Below, piece after piece: positions 40,042-49,410 of a stretch of 60,974 nucleotides of DNA. Made by a program: the position numbers and the translations under genes. The stretch covers positions 1 through 60,974 of the IMG/VR virus record IMGVR_UViG_3300042922_000258. One strand, 5' to 3'. Within the stretch, counting starts at the first letter, position 1. Each line of letters begins with the position of its first letter. Origin of the DNA: a virus. Lineage: Duplodnaviria; Caudoviricetes. The notes beneath the pieces were generated by a model, which ran no database searches, was not told the origin of the DNA, and worked only from the letters and a program-made list of their open reading frames with translations.

Positions 40042-40233
40042 TGAGTAGTATCTTAAATATAATCAACTATGAAGACGGCAGAGCAAAATTTGTTACGAAG
40101 TTACCAAAACCAATACAATAATAATAAAACATTGCTGTCAAACAAGAGCATCCGAGAGGGTGCTTTTTGTGTATATTCTATTGCTATCGCTGCAATAAAA
40201 ATGCCGGATCACTCCGACAAATTTATACTATAC

Positions 40234-40833
40234 TTATTTATTTATTTGCCGTTCCTCGGCATTAACAATATACTCAGGCATATTTAAAATTAGGTTCGCG
40301 GTAAAATTCAATTTATCCGTTAACTCTTGTCGTAATAACATTTCTTTAATTTGATTATCGGTCAGGGTTGCATCGCGCTTCTTGTAAAATTCAATTATAT
40401 CGGCTTTGTTATTATTCCAGTAGAGTTTTATTCCGTTAAGGGATTCTAATATGTCTTTATATTGATATAGTAGATTTGAAAAGTGATCTCGCAAAGCGAT
40501 GGTTTCGTTCTCCGTGTAGAATACGTCCTCCGTCCAGGTTAAAACACTTTTAAATCCAACACTGCATAGGTTAGTCAATCTAGTATATTCTGGATTGGAT
40601 GTGACCACACGCGCCTTGTCTTCTATTAAATCCGATTTATCAATTCCAAAATATTCTGCTAAAATTTCAATTTTATCAATCCTCGGATATACATTGCCGT
40701 TTACCCAATCAGCGAATGTTGAATAGCTAAATCCTAAGTCTTTACAGATGTCATTTCTCGATTTCTTATTGATATCCATATACGTTTTAAGATTACTCGA
40801 CATAATTTTCTTATTCATAATCCCATCATTCAT
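40234..40833 (-). CDS. CI-like XRE repressor with non-peptidase C-terminal domain (switch 2)
   Basis: NLKTYM...SRNDICKDLGFSYSTFADW..G..YPRIDKIE.LA.YFGI.KSDLIE. Confidence 0.88.
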   Translation of the reverse strand: MNDGIMNKKIMSSNLKTYMDINKKSRNDICKDLGFSYSTFADWVNGNVYPRIDKIEILAEYFGIDKSDLIEDKARVVTSNPEYTRLTNLCSVGFKSVLTWTEDVFYTENETIALRDHFSNLLYQYKDILESLNGIKLYWNNNKADIIEFYKKRDATLTDNQIKEMLLRQELTDKLNFTANLILNMPEYIVNAEERQINK

Positions 40834-40865
40834 AATAACACCGCCTTAATTTTATAGGGATATTA

Positions 40866-41216
40866 TACGATTAATCCGTAAATTTTACAAGTAGAATTTG
40901 AATAATAGCGAATTAATCGTGAATATTTATTATTTGTTGCATTGACTACTACGATTTAATCGTGATACAATGTATTCAGACACTAAAAATGAAAGGAGAA
41001 AATATGTTAAAAGGAACGTTAAGATCATTGAGAAGATACCGAGATATCACTCAAACAGAAGCTGCTGAAACCCTTGGAATATCTGTGGATGCGTTATCAA
41101 ATTACGAACGCGGTAAATTCTACCCAACCGCGCCAATTATTGACCGCATGCTTAAATTATATGATGTAAAATTCGAAGATATTAATTTTTTATATAAAAA
41201 TAACGACTAAACCGTT
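40866..41216. promoter_or_regulatory. Switch 2 operators ACGA(T/A)T(A/T)AATCGT and rightward promoter
   Basis: Imperfect palindromes at 40866-40880, 40908-40920, 40951-40963 and 41202-41216; TTGACT(40942)-N18-TACAAT with TG extension overlaps the third. Confidence 0.75.
41004..41210 (+). CDS. Cro-like XRE regulator (switch 2)
   Basis: TLRSLR...ITQTEAAETLGIS...SNYERG..YP; RBS gaaaggag. Confidence 0.88.
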   Translation: MLKGTLRSLRRYRDITQTEAAETLGISVDALSNYERGKFYPTAPIIDRMLKLYDVKFEDINFLYKNND

Positions 41217-41260
41217 ATTTTGGTTTAATAATATATCATACACCAGAAAGGCGGTGAAAA

Positions 41261-42610
41261 ATAACGGAAAATATAACAAATAAAAAAACAGTTGAACCAT
41301 CTTCTTTTTTACCTGAAGGATTAAAACCAAATGAAGTTAAGGCACTGTTACATTATACAGAAGAAGGTAAGATTGTTCAGAGCATAGAAAATGCAAACTT
41401 AATCCTTTTAAATGACTATAGGTTGTCTGGTAAATTACGATATAATACTCTTTCATATTCAACATGGACATATGGCGATTTGCCATGGGAAAAAATCAAA
41501 AACCATAGAGAGTGGAACAACACGGACGATTCCAATTTGCTTTGTTTTATGGAAAGTCACTACGGAATTAAGAACCCTGAAAAGGTGATGCATTCATTAA
41601 CCATTGTAACTAATCAAAATAAATTTAATCCGATCACTGATTTTTTGAATAGCTTAAAATGGGATGGGCAAAAACATATTGAAAATTTATTACCGGATTA
41701 TCTTGGAGTTGAAAAAAACGAGTATTCTATAGAGTGCATGAAAATGTTTATGATGGGTGCCATATCAAGGGCGTTTAATCCAGGTACTAAATTTGACTTC
41801 ATGCCAGTATTTGTTGGTCAACAAGGAATCGGTAAAAGTACATTTTACAGCCTTTTAGCGTGTGAGGATGATTGGTATCATGATAACTTTAAAACAATTG
41901 AGGGCGACAAAGCCACTGAGCAACTCCGTGGAAAATGGATTATAGAATTTGCCGAATTACTTGCTGTCAAGCGCGCTCAGGATGTTGAGTCGATTAAAGC
42001 TTTTATCACATCCACAAACGATATATATCGCCCACCGTATGGTCGCAGAACCGAGACAAGGCCTAGACAATGTGTTTTTGTTGGAAGTACTAATAATACG
42101 CATTTTTTAACCGACACAACCGGAAACAGGCGGTACCTTCCAATCACGGTTCAGCCGTCTCGCGTGAAAAAGTCTTTATTTGTTTTGGATGCACGAGAAG
42201 ATTTTAGACAAGCATGGGCCGAGGCAATGGAAATTTATAGAAGTGGTAATTTTCAACTTATATTTCCCAATCATCTTAAAGATGCTGTGACTGATGCGCA
42301 ATCAAGTTATCTTGAAGAGGATAGCCGGGTGGGAATTATTCAAGAATATCTTGATAAGCTTAAGGATGACGATGTTTGTGTGACCCAAATTTATAAGAAG
42401 GCATTGGGAAATGAATACGGCAATCCGAACCGTAAAGAATCGAATGAGATTCATGATATTATGCAATTCTCAATTTGTGGTTGGGAAAAAACGGACAAGA
42501 AGAAACGATTCGATACATATGGTCCACAGATTTGTTATCACAGGATTGAAAAAAACGAAGATGTATTTATTAATGTGGATACCAGTGATTCAGATCTTCC
42601 CTTCAATTAA
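41261..42610 (+). CDS. VirE/VapE-family replication ATPase (helicase-like); probable ATA start at 41261
   Basis: GQQGIGKS Walker A, IIEFAEL, RPPYGR, GSTN, GNRRY; the frame is open from the ATA behind aggcggtga; C-terminal DLPFN. Confidence 0.9.
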   Translation: MTENITNKKTVEPSSFLPEGLKPNEVKALLHYTEEGKIVQSIENANLILLNDYRLSGKLRYNTLSYSTWTYGDLPWEKIKNHREWNNTDDSNLLCFMESHYGIKNPEKVMHSLTIVTNQNKFNPITDFLNSLKWDGQKHIENLLPDYLGVEKNEYSIECMKMFMMGAISRAFNPGTKFDFMPVFVGQQGIGKSTFYSLLACEDDWYHDNFKTIEGDKATEQLRGKWIIEFAELLAVKRAQDVESIKAFITSTNDIYRPPYGRRTETRPRQCVFVGSTNNTHFLTDTTGNRRYLPITVQPSRVKKSLFVLDAREDFRQAWAEAMEIYRSGNFQLIFPNHLKDAVTDAQSSYLEEDSRVGIIQEYLDKLKDDDVCVTQIYKKALGNEYGNPNRKESNEIHDIMQFSICGWEKTDKKKRFDTYGPQICYHRIEKNEDVFINVDTSDSDLPFN

Positions 42611-42613
42611 ATT

Positions 42614-42866
42614 CTAGGAACAGGCTAGGAACACTTCTAGGAACAGGCTAGGAACAGCCTATTTACTATATATTCTCTACTTTGTTCCTAGTGTTCCTAG
42701 AAATATTATATAAAGTTCTAAAACAGCAAAATGGGCAAAAAAAGAACTTTATAGGAGTTTTGATATTTCTAGGAACATTTTAAATTTTAAAACGCTACAA
42801 CCCCTTATTTTATCGTCAAAAATCGTGTTCCTAGAATTTGTTCCTAGACTTGAAATATTAGGAACA
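42614..42866. repeat. Iteron cluster CTAGGAACA (about 10 copies, direct and inverted): replication origin
   Basis: + copies at 42614, 42625, 42637, 42648, 42769 and a partial one at 42859; inverted at 42683, 42692, 42826, 42839; AT-rich spacers; directly after virE. Confidence 0.85.
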
Positions 42867-43041
42867 TTGGGCGAAATTGGGATTATGGTGATAATTGATA
42901 CCATTTTATAAAAGTCATCGAGAATACATGAAAATTAACACACGCATTGACAGCATGGATTTACAAATTGAGATAGCTTATATATAGTTTCAACGCTGTA
43001 TTTTGACCATATAGACGCTTTAATAAAACGGAGGTAATAAG

Positions 43042-43623
43042 ATGTCAAACGAAACAGACATGATGCAATACGAACAACCAGAAGACACACAAAAGCCAAA
43101 ACGCAAGAGCAATGGAAGGAATTCCCCTGTGATCGGCAGCAACGGAGTAGATATTAAAAAAGGTGACGCCTCAAAATATGCAAACGTATTAATGGAATTA
43201 TCATCATGGGATGCAGTAGATCGCTCAGATGTGGAAGAATTAGAAATTCGCTTTCATGAGTACTTAAGATATTGCGCTGAGAACGACTTAAAGATAGGCA
43301 ATCAGATGGCCTATCTAGCATTAGGATTAAGCAAAGATAACGTTTATGACATGGAACATGGGCGTTCGTTCGGCTCCTCTCATTCCGACTTCATAAAAAA
43401 AGTGAAGCAAATTTGCGCCGGAAATCGTGAGCTTTTGATGCAAGATGGCAAGGTACACCCGATAACCGGAATCTTCTGGCAAAAGAATTATGATGGTATG
43501 AAAGACGTACAAGAGTTCGAGATTAAGTCCAACAATCAACTCTCTCCCACCTTCACACCCGACGAGATCGCTAAACAGATACCGGATAACATCCCGGTGG
43601 ATGTGGATTATTCCGAGGAATAA
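43042..43623 (+). CDS. Terminase small subunit (probable)
   Basis: EY..YC....LALGL...IKKVKQ...IFWQKNYDG.KD pattern; heads the late operon. Confidence 0.7.
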   Translation: MSNETDMMQYEQPEDTQKPKRKSNGRNSPVIGSNGVDIKKGDASKYANVLMELSSWDAVDRSDVEELEIRFHEYLRYCAENDLKIGNQMAYLALGLSKDNVYDMEHGRSFGSSHSDFIKKVKQICAGNRELLMQDGKVHPITGIFWQKNYDGMKDVQEFEIKSNNQLSPTFTPDEIAKQIPDNIPVDVDYSEE

Positions 43624-44237
43624 ATATACATAATCGTTGTATATTCAATGCATAATATGTATAATGTTTATACATTAGGCTTTTCAACTATTCGCAGTAT
43701 GTGTGACGCATATGTGTGATACGGTGGAAAGCCTTATTTTATGCGTGTTGTAGGGATTATAGTATCAATTAGTACTCTTCGGAAACCTAGACTTTCGCGA
43801 AGAGTTTGCACGTTAATGTATTGAAGCGTTATTTATATTCATTAAGTTGTTTGAGTTTATTAATTGATGGGGGTGGGGGTCTGTGAGAAATAACCCCAGG
43901 TGGGGTACCTCAACTCCCCGAGTAAATTTTTTATAAAAAAGACTCTCCTCCTGGTATCCCAAAAAATTATAAAAATCTAAAAAGGCTTCCTCCCTTCTCC
44001 TGTTTTCTACTTTCAAATTTTAAATTAAAAAACCACACTTTCCTCTTCTACTCCATCCCCCAAACTAGATACACTCAAAAATAAACTTCTCATAACTCCT
44101 TATCCCATGTGTTCTTTTAATGTTCTTATGGTATGTTGTATATATGGATATGAATTTTATGAAATAGATACAAGATGTAGTGGCGGTGAACAAGGTATTT
44201 GTTTGACAGCAGTATTTGAATTTTAAGGAGGATTAAT

Positions 44238-44519
44238 ATGCAAGGGCTTTTAATGGTAATTGGATTTTTAACTATATTTGCAATAATCGTTTTACTAATA
44301 ATTGCAATAGTTGAAATTATCAAAGACAGAGCGAGAAACTTATATAGAAAGCAAGTTCAAAAACACCGTTTCGATAAATCACCCACCGCAAAATGCTACT
44401 GCAAGGACTGCAAATATTGGGTGCCCCATAATGGAGATTGTTGTAAATTTACCGGGTGGAAAACTGCTGATAATTGGTTTTGTTGGGATGCGGAACCTAC
44501 TGCAAGGCTTAGAAATTAG
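44238..44519 (+). CDS. Membrane-anchored Cys-rich protein
   Basis: N-terminal TM; CYCKDC...WFCWDA. Confidence 0.6.
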   Translation: MQGLLMVIGFLTIFAIIVLLIIAIVEIIKDRARNLYRKQVQKHRFDKSPTAKCYCKDCKYWVPHNGDCCKFTGWKTADNWFCWDAEPTARLRN

Positions 44520-44592
44520 TTGAATTATCATATGACTAAGAACGGGGTAAGCCGATAAACTGTTAAAAACTTGGTGTATTCAAATATACCGT

Positions 44593-44668
44593 TGCGTATC
44601 TGGTCCACCGATGTTTTGTTAAATCAACTCGGGATAATTTAAGGAGGGTTCGATTCCTTCCATACACA
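44593..44668 (+). ncRNA. tRNA-like structure 1 (T-arm plus acceptor-like stem, non-canonical)
   Basis: ggaggg-TTCGATT-ccttcc at 44643-44661; tgcgtat/atacaca closing stem. Confidence 0.4.
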
Positions 44669-44743
44669 TTTACCGTCAATGGAATTCCAAAATGTCGGCT
44701 ACTGCAATAACGACAAATTAAGAATGAAATTAAATAGCGGTTT

Positions 44744-44851
44744 TACTGAATTGGTGAATTGGTTTCATGTACGAGGGGTTGCATGAATTTTGCAGAATAT
44801 CATATGATTTTGGTACAGCGTGAAGCAAGGTTCGATTCCTTGCATTCGGTA
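44744..44851 (+). ncRNA. tRNA-like structure 2 (T-arm plus acceptor-like stem, non-canonical)
   Basis: gcaagg-TTCGATT-ccttgc at 44825-44843; tactgaat/attcggta closing stem; internal ttcatgt/gcatgaa hairpin. Confidence 0.4.
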
Positions 44852-44919
44852 TTCGTAGTTTAAAAACACAGACAGATAAATTATAAATTATATTCACCCT
44901 CTCGCGAAAGGAGTATTTA

Positions 44920-46206
44920 ATGGATTGGAAAGATAAAGTAATTGAAATGAAATCCGGCGGTTCCACCTGGTCCGAAGTTGCCGAAGCGATAAAATTAGAT
45001 TTTCCGGAATTAACACATAACCAACGACACGAAAAAGCTAGAAATTACTATAGATTTACAAAGGATGCAAAACAGAAATCAGAGGAGAACTCTTCTACTG
45101 GTAAACCGCAAAACGAACCGTCAACCAAAATAGTTGAATATAAATCCGATGGATCGGTAACTTTTGAGGGTATTATCCGGTTAATGGATGGTGAACCGAT
45201 TACGCCTGAGATTATTATGAGAGCGCACAACCTTGACGTAGAAAAGTGGGACGTAGTTACATATAAAACAAACTTCTGGCAATCACAGAAAAAAGGCGGA
45301 ACCACTCTTCTTCTTTACCAAAGTAAGATTACCGTCAAGCCGAAGGCCAAAACCGAAATCACATTTGATGATATTGACCGATACTTTGAAACCAAAGATT
45401 ATTCAAAAGACAAGCTTCCGATTGAGTGTTTGGGTTACGACCCAGACGGAGAAATATTAGACGTGAAAATTTCTGATTTACATGTCGGGTTAATGTCGTG
45501 GAGGGAAGAAACGGGCGAAGATTATGATTTAAAAATCGTGAAACAACGCTTTTTCATGTGTATAAACGATATAGTAAATCGCTGTCAAGGAAGAAAAATT
45601 AAAAAGGTAATATTCACAACACTCGGAGATATTTTACATGTTGACAACAACGACAATACGACGACTCGCGGAACCACTCAACAAGTTGACGGCAGAATGG
45701 CAAAACTTACGGAGTGTGCGGAAGATATGCTTATTGATGGCATATCAATCCTTGGGAAAATAGCACCTGTTGAATATATTTACACCGAAGGAAATCACGA
45801 CCGTGTATGTGGTTATATGCTCGCCAGAAGTGTATCAAATGCTTTTCGCAATGATAGTAATGTTGTTTGTGATATTAAGCCTAATCCCGTTAAATACAGA
45901 CGCTTTGGAGTAACCCTCGTATTGTATCATCATGGCGATGCTCCCAAAAAGAATGTAGCTGAAATGCCAATGAATTTTGCAAGAAAAGAAATATCGCTTG
46001 CTAAGTTTGTTGAAATAAATCTGGGTCACTTTCACGACCAAGAAGTTAAAACAATTAATGGAGCAAGGGTTAGATATTTTCCAACAATATGCAGTTCATC
46101 TTCATGGGAACATCAACAATTATATGGTTCATCAATGAGAGCAATGGTTTGCGATATTAGAAACGAAAATACCGGATTGAGAGAAACTTGGTATACGGCA
46201 ATTTAG
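44920..46206 (+). CDS. Calcineurin-like metallophosphoesterase with N-terminal HTH-like region
   Basis: SDLHVG, LGDILH, GNHD, HHGD, GHFH motifs. Confidence 0.88.
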   Translation: MDWKDKVIEMKSGGSTWSEVAEAIKLDFPELTHNQRHEKARNYYRFTKDAKQKSEENSSTGKPQNEPSTKIVEYKSDGSVTFEGIIRLMDGEPITPEIIMRAHNLDVEKWDVVTYKTNFWQSQKKGGTTLLLYQSKITVKPKAKTEITFDDIDRYFETKDYSKDKLPIECLGYDPDGEILDVKISDLHVGLMSWREETGEDYDLKIVKQRFFMCINDIVNRCQGRKIKKVIFTTLGDILHVDNNDNTTTRGTTQQVDGRMAKLTECAEDMLIDGISILGKIAPVEYIYTEGNHDRVCGYMLARSVSNAFRNDSNVVCDIKPNPVKYRRFGVTLVLYHHGDAPKKNVAEMPMNFARKEISLAKFVEINLGHFHDQEVKTINGARVRYFPTICSSSSWEHQQLYGSSMRAMVCDIRNENTGLRETWYTAI

Positions 46207-46220
46207 AAAGGAGAATATTT

Positions 46221-46694
46221 ATGGCAATTTTAGATAGCGGTGCAAGAAGAGATTTTGGAACTGGCGCAGTTCGTGACGTAGCAGAGGGTAAGGGTCGTTG
46301 CGATCTAATGCCATTAGATGTTGTCGGAACGCTCATTGAAAGTCCAATTATTGAAAGTATAGATGAATATGTGCGAAAAGGAAAGATTGGTAGCTTATTG
46401 GATGCGATACTGCTTTTCATTGCATGTGAGTTCCCGGACCGGTTTACTGCAATGATTGAACTATCAAAGCATTACGAGGATGGTTGTAAAAAATATGGCG
46501 ACAGAAACTGGGAAAAAGGAATCCCGCTTCACTGTTACATTGACAGCGCAACAAGACATTTATTGAAATACTATCGCGGAGATAAAGATGAAAACCATCA
46601 TCTTGCCTTCATTTGGAATTTGAGTTGTGCAATATGGACTCATAACCATAAGCCTGAATTGATTGACTTGCCATTTAAAGACACTGGCAATTAA
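46221..46694 (+). CDS. dATP/dGTP diphosphohydrolase-domain (DUF5664-like) protein
   Basis: GAVRD...GKGRCDL, G.KKYGDRNWEKG, DSATRHL, HLA..WN. Confidence 0.8.
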   Translation: MAILDSGARRDFGTGAVRDVAEGKGRCDLMPLDVVGTLIESPIIESIDEYVRKGKIGSLLDAILLFIACEFPDRFTAMIELSKHYEDGCKKYGDRNWEKGIPLHCYIDSATRHLLKYYRGDKDENHHLAFIWNLSCAIWTHNHKPELIDLPFKDTGN

Positions 46695-46743
46695 TGTTCA
46701 TTCGGAGATTATTTTGAACCAATACCAACAAAGGCGGTGCCAC

Positions 46744-47094
46744 ATGAATGATTATAAAATATATGCTGTGGATTTTGATGGTACTTTGGCAGAAAATAAA
46801 TGGCCAGAAATAGGCGAACCAATCCAAGAGGTAATTGATTTTTGTATTCATAAGCGAGAAGAAGGACACAAACTAATCCTTTGGACTTGTAGAACCGGAG
46901 AACAGATAGAAGAAGCTGTCAAATGGTGCAATGAACGAGGACTTTTCTTCCATGCGGTCAATGAAAACCTGCCGGACGAAATTGCAAAATATAATAATGA
47001 CCCGAGAAAAATCGGAGCTGATTATTTCATTGACGATAAAAATTTAAACCCAAATGAAATAGTAGCAGGTTTTTCGCTTGACAGCAATCACTAA
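46744..47094 (+). CDS. HAD-superfamily phosphatase
   Basis: AVDFDGTL, LWTCR, K..ADYFIDDK. Confidence 0.88.
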   Translation: MNDYKIYAVDFDGTLAENKWPEIGEPIQEVIDFCIHKREEGHKLILWTCRTGEQIEEAVKWCNERGLFFHAVNENLPDEIAKYNNDPRKIGADYFIDDKNLNPNEIVAGFSLDSNH

Positions 47095-47130
47095 ATATTC
47101 ATACGCCACAGAAGAATGCGAGTTGAATTT

Positions 47131-48786
47131 ATGTTATCAGATTTAGACCAAATTAAAAAGAATATAGCCAGATTAAAACTATCCAACCTAAACGACTTCA
47201 AAAATCTAAATGCGCTTTTTGAAACGTGCTTAGCAAGATACGAAACAAGTAATGATATCAAAAAGTCATTGCAGCTTTGCAAATTAATCAAGGCCAAGGC
47301 TTCTGAATTAGCGACAACCGATATTAGATTTTTTGAATTATATAATAAGTGTCTATTATTTGAAGCACCACACGTATTTGATTCGTATTTGCTCTATATG
47401 GAGAAGAATAGACCGGTTGAAAAGAAATTTTATCTTCCCAGAAGAAAAACTCTTCATGTGGTTGTTCAAGATTTACAAGACCTTGAAGATGGAGAAATTG
47501 ATTTTTTAGGCGTATCTCTTCCACCTCGAGTCGGCAAGTCCACTGTATGCATATTCTTTCTTTCTTGGATAGCCGGAAAGCGTCCCGATAGCCACAACGC
47601 TATGTCTGGTCATAGCGGAATACTTGCGGATGGTTTTTATAGTGAGTTTTATAATCTGGTTACTTCGCCAGAATATACATTTAACGAAATATTCCCAGGC
47701 GTAAAATTAGAGTCAAAATCCGCAGAGAAAAAAGAAATAAACCTCAACACTCCAGACAGATTTTCAACGCTTACTTGCCGAGGTATTGATGGCACATGGA
47801 CCGGTTCTGTGGATATATCAAAAGACGGATATCTCTATGTAGATGATTTAGTTCGTGATCGAGTAGAGTCGTTAAGCCCAACAAGACTAGAAGGAAGATT
47901 TCAAGATTATTTAAACGTTCTGGTTGACCGTAAGAACGATGGCTCAAGGGAATTAATGGTAGGCACCCGTTGGAATATAATGGATCCATTGGGTAAAATT
48001 GAAGCCAAGAATAAAAATAATCCTAGATATCGTTTCAGAAAAATCCCGGCTCTTAACGATAAAAACGAATCAAATTTTCAATACGATTTCGGCAAAGGTT
48101 TTTCAACAAAATATTTCCTTAATATCAAAGACCGGCTTGATAAAAATGAATGGGAAGCCAAATATCAGCAAAAACCTTTTGTACGTGAGGGATTATTATT
48201 TCCAGAAGACGCATTACGTACATACAATGGAGTATTGCCAGAGGGCGGATTTGTTCGCGTTGTATCTGTAGCCGACATAGCGTGGGGCGGTGGAGACAGC
48301 CTATCAATGCCAATTGGCTTTGAATATGAAAACGGCGATGTTTACATTGCGGATTGGGTTTTCAATAAAGGCAAAAAAGAGCAGACCATCCCGATTGTAG
48401 CCGGAAAAATTATGGGTAACAAAATACAACAAATAAATTTCGAAGCAAATAACGGTGGGGATATGTATGCGAAGTACATAGATGATTTTCTTAAAAGCAA
48501 AAGTTATAGATGCAGCATTACTTCAACAAAGGCTCCAGGAACCATGGAAAAGATGGCGAAGATAATTCAATATTCTGGCGATATAATCGGACGATTTATA
48601 TTCTTGGATGCAAAGCATAGAAATCAAGAGTATTCAGATGGTATGGACGAGTTGGTGACGTTTGTTCAGATCGGGAAAAACGAACACGACGATTCCCCAG
48701 ATTCGTTGGCGCAGTTGTCGAGATTTATAAATGGCGGTTTTACTGCGCAAGTAACAGCAATAGACCGTAGTAGACTAGGCATATAG
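47131..48786 (+). CDS. terL: Terminase large subunit
   Basis: LPPRVGKS Walker A, LYVDD, GTRW, nuclease DIAWGGGD and HDDSPDSL. Confidence 0.93.
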   Translation: MLSDLDQIKKNIARLKLSNLNDFKNLNALFETCLARYETSNDIKKSLQLCKLIKAKASELATTDIRFFELYNKCLLFEAPHVFDSYLLYMEKNRPVEKKFYLPRRKTLHVVVQDLQDLEDGEIDFLGVSLPPRVGKSTVCIFFLSWIAGKRPDSHNAMSGHSGILADGFYSEFYNLVTSPEYTFNEIFPGVKLESKSAEKKEINLNTPDRFSTLTCRGIDGTWTGSVDISKDGYLYVDDLVRDRVESLSPTRLEGRFQDYLNVLVDRKNDGSRELMVGTRWNIMDPLGKIEAKNKNNPRYRFRKIPALNDKNESNFQYDFGKGFSTKYFLNIKDRLDKNEWEAKYQQKPFVREGLLFPEDALRTYNGVLPEGGFVRVVSVADIAWGGGDSLSMPIGFEYENGDVYIADWVFNKGKKEQTIPIVAGKIMGNKIQQINFEANNGGDMYAKYIDDFLKSKSYRCSITSTKAPGTMEKMAKIIQYSGDIIGRFIFLDAKHRNQEYSDGMDELVTFVQIGKNEHDDSPDSLAQLSRFINGGFTAQVTAIDRSRLGI

Positions 48787-48791
48787 GAGGA

Positions 48792-49247
48792 ATGAGAATG
48801 ATAACAAAGGAAACCTTAGCAAATTATACATATCTTGAACAATGCATTGCGACAACCAAAAAGCAGATTGAAAAACTCGAAGAGCATCCTCCTTTAATTG
48901 AATACGATAAAGTTTACGGTTCATCAAATGAGTTTCCGTATACGGTTCGAAGTTTTTCAGTTGCAGGGTACAATGGATCCAATGCGGATAAATGGAAGGC
49001 CAGAAAAAGGGTTTTGAAATTGAAATTAAAAAAACAATTATCTGAACTCGAAGAACTGAAAACTCAAATTGAAGAATTTATGGCTGATATGCCAAAAGAA
49101 AAAGCATTGGAACAACTCATCTTTAAATATATATACGTAAAAAATATGAGCCAGACCGAAGTTGCCATGAAGCTTCACATGGACCAGAGCAATATATCAA
49201 GAAAGATTACTGACTATTTAAGGCAATATAATGAAAGTTGCATATAA
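48792..49247 (+). CDS. RinA/ArpU-like late transcriptional activator (sigma-70 region 4 HTH)
   Basis: IFKYIYVKNMSQTEVAMKLHMDQSNISRKI. Confidence 0.75.
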   Translation: MRMITKETLANYTYLEQCIATTKKQIEKLEEHPPLIEYDKVYGSSNEFPYTVRSFSVAGYNGSNADKWKARKRVLKLKLKKQLSELEELKTQIEEFMADMPKEKALEQLIFKYIYVKNMSQTEVAMKLHMDQSNISRKITDYLRQYNESCI

Positions 49248-49410
49248 TTCATAACTCATTATGTTACTCTAGTATTAGAGGAAGTGTCGAATGGCATAAC
49301 TCTATCGAATAAGCCACCCTCATTCTTATTCTCCTTTACATATTTGACCGCCTACCGTTCCTCCCCCTTTCGGTATGGCGGTCATTTTGTTGTGAAAGAT
49401 AGGTGATTAC

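Noticed and set aside
42614-42866. CRISPR-like array
   Set aside because: The repeats are 9 bp, in both orientations, with no regular unique spacers; they fit origin iterons.
46221-46694. Z-genome (2-aminoadenine) pathway
   Set aside because: No PurZ or DNA polymerase is recognisable in the genome.
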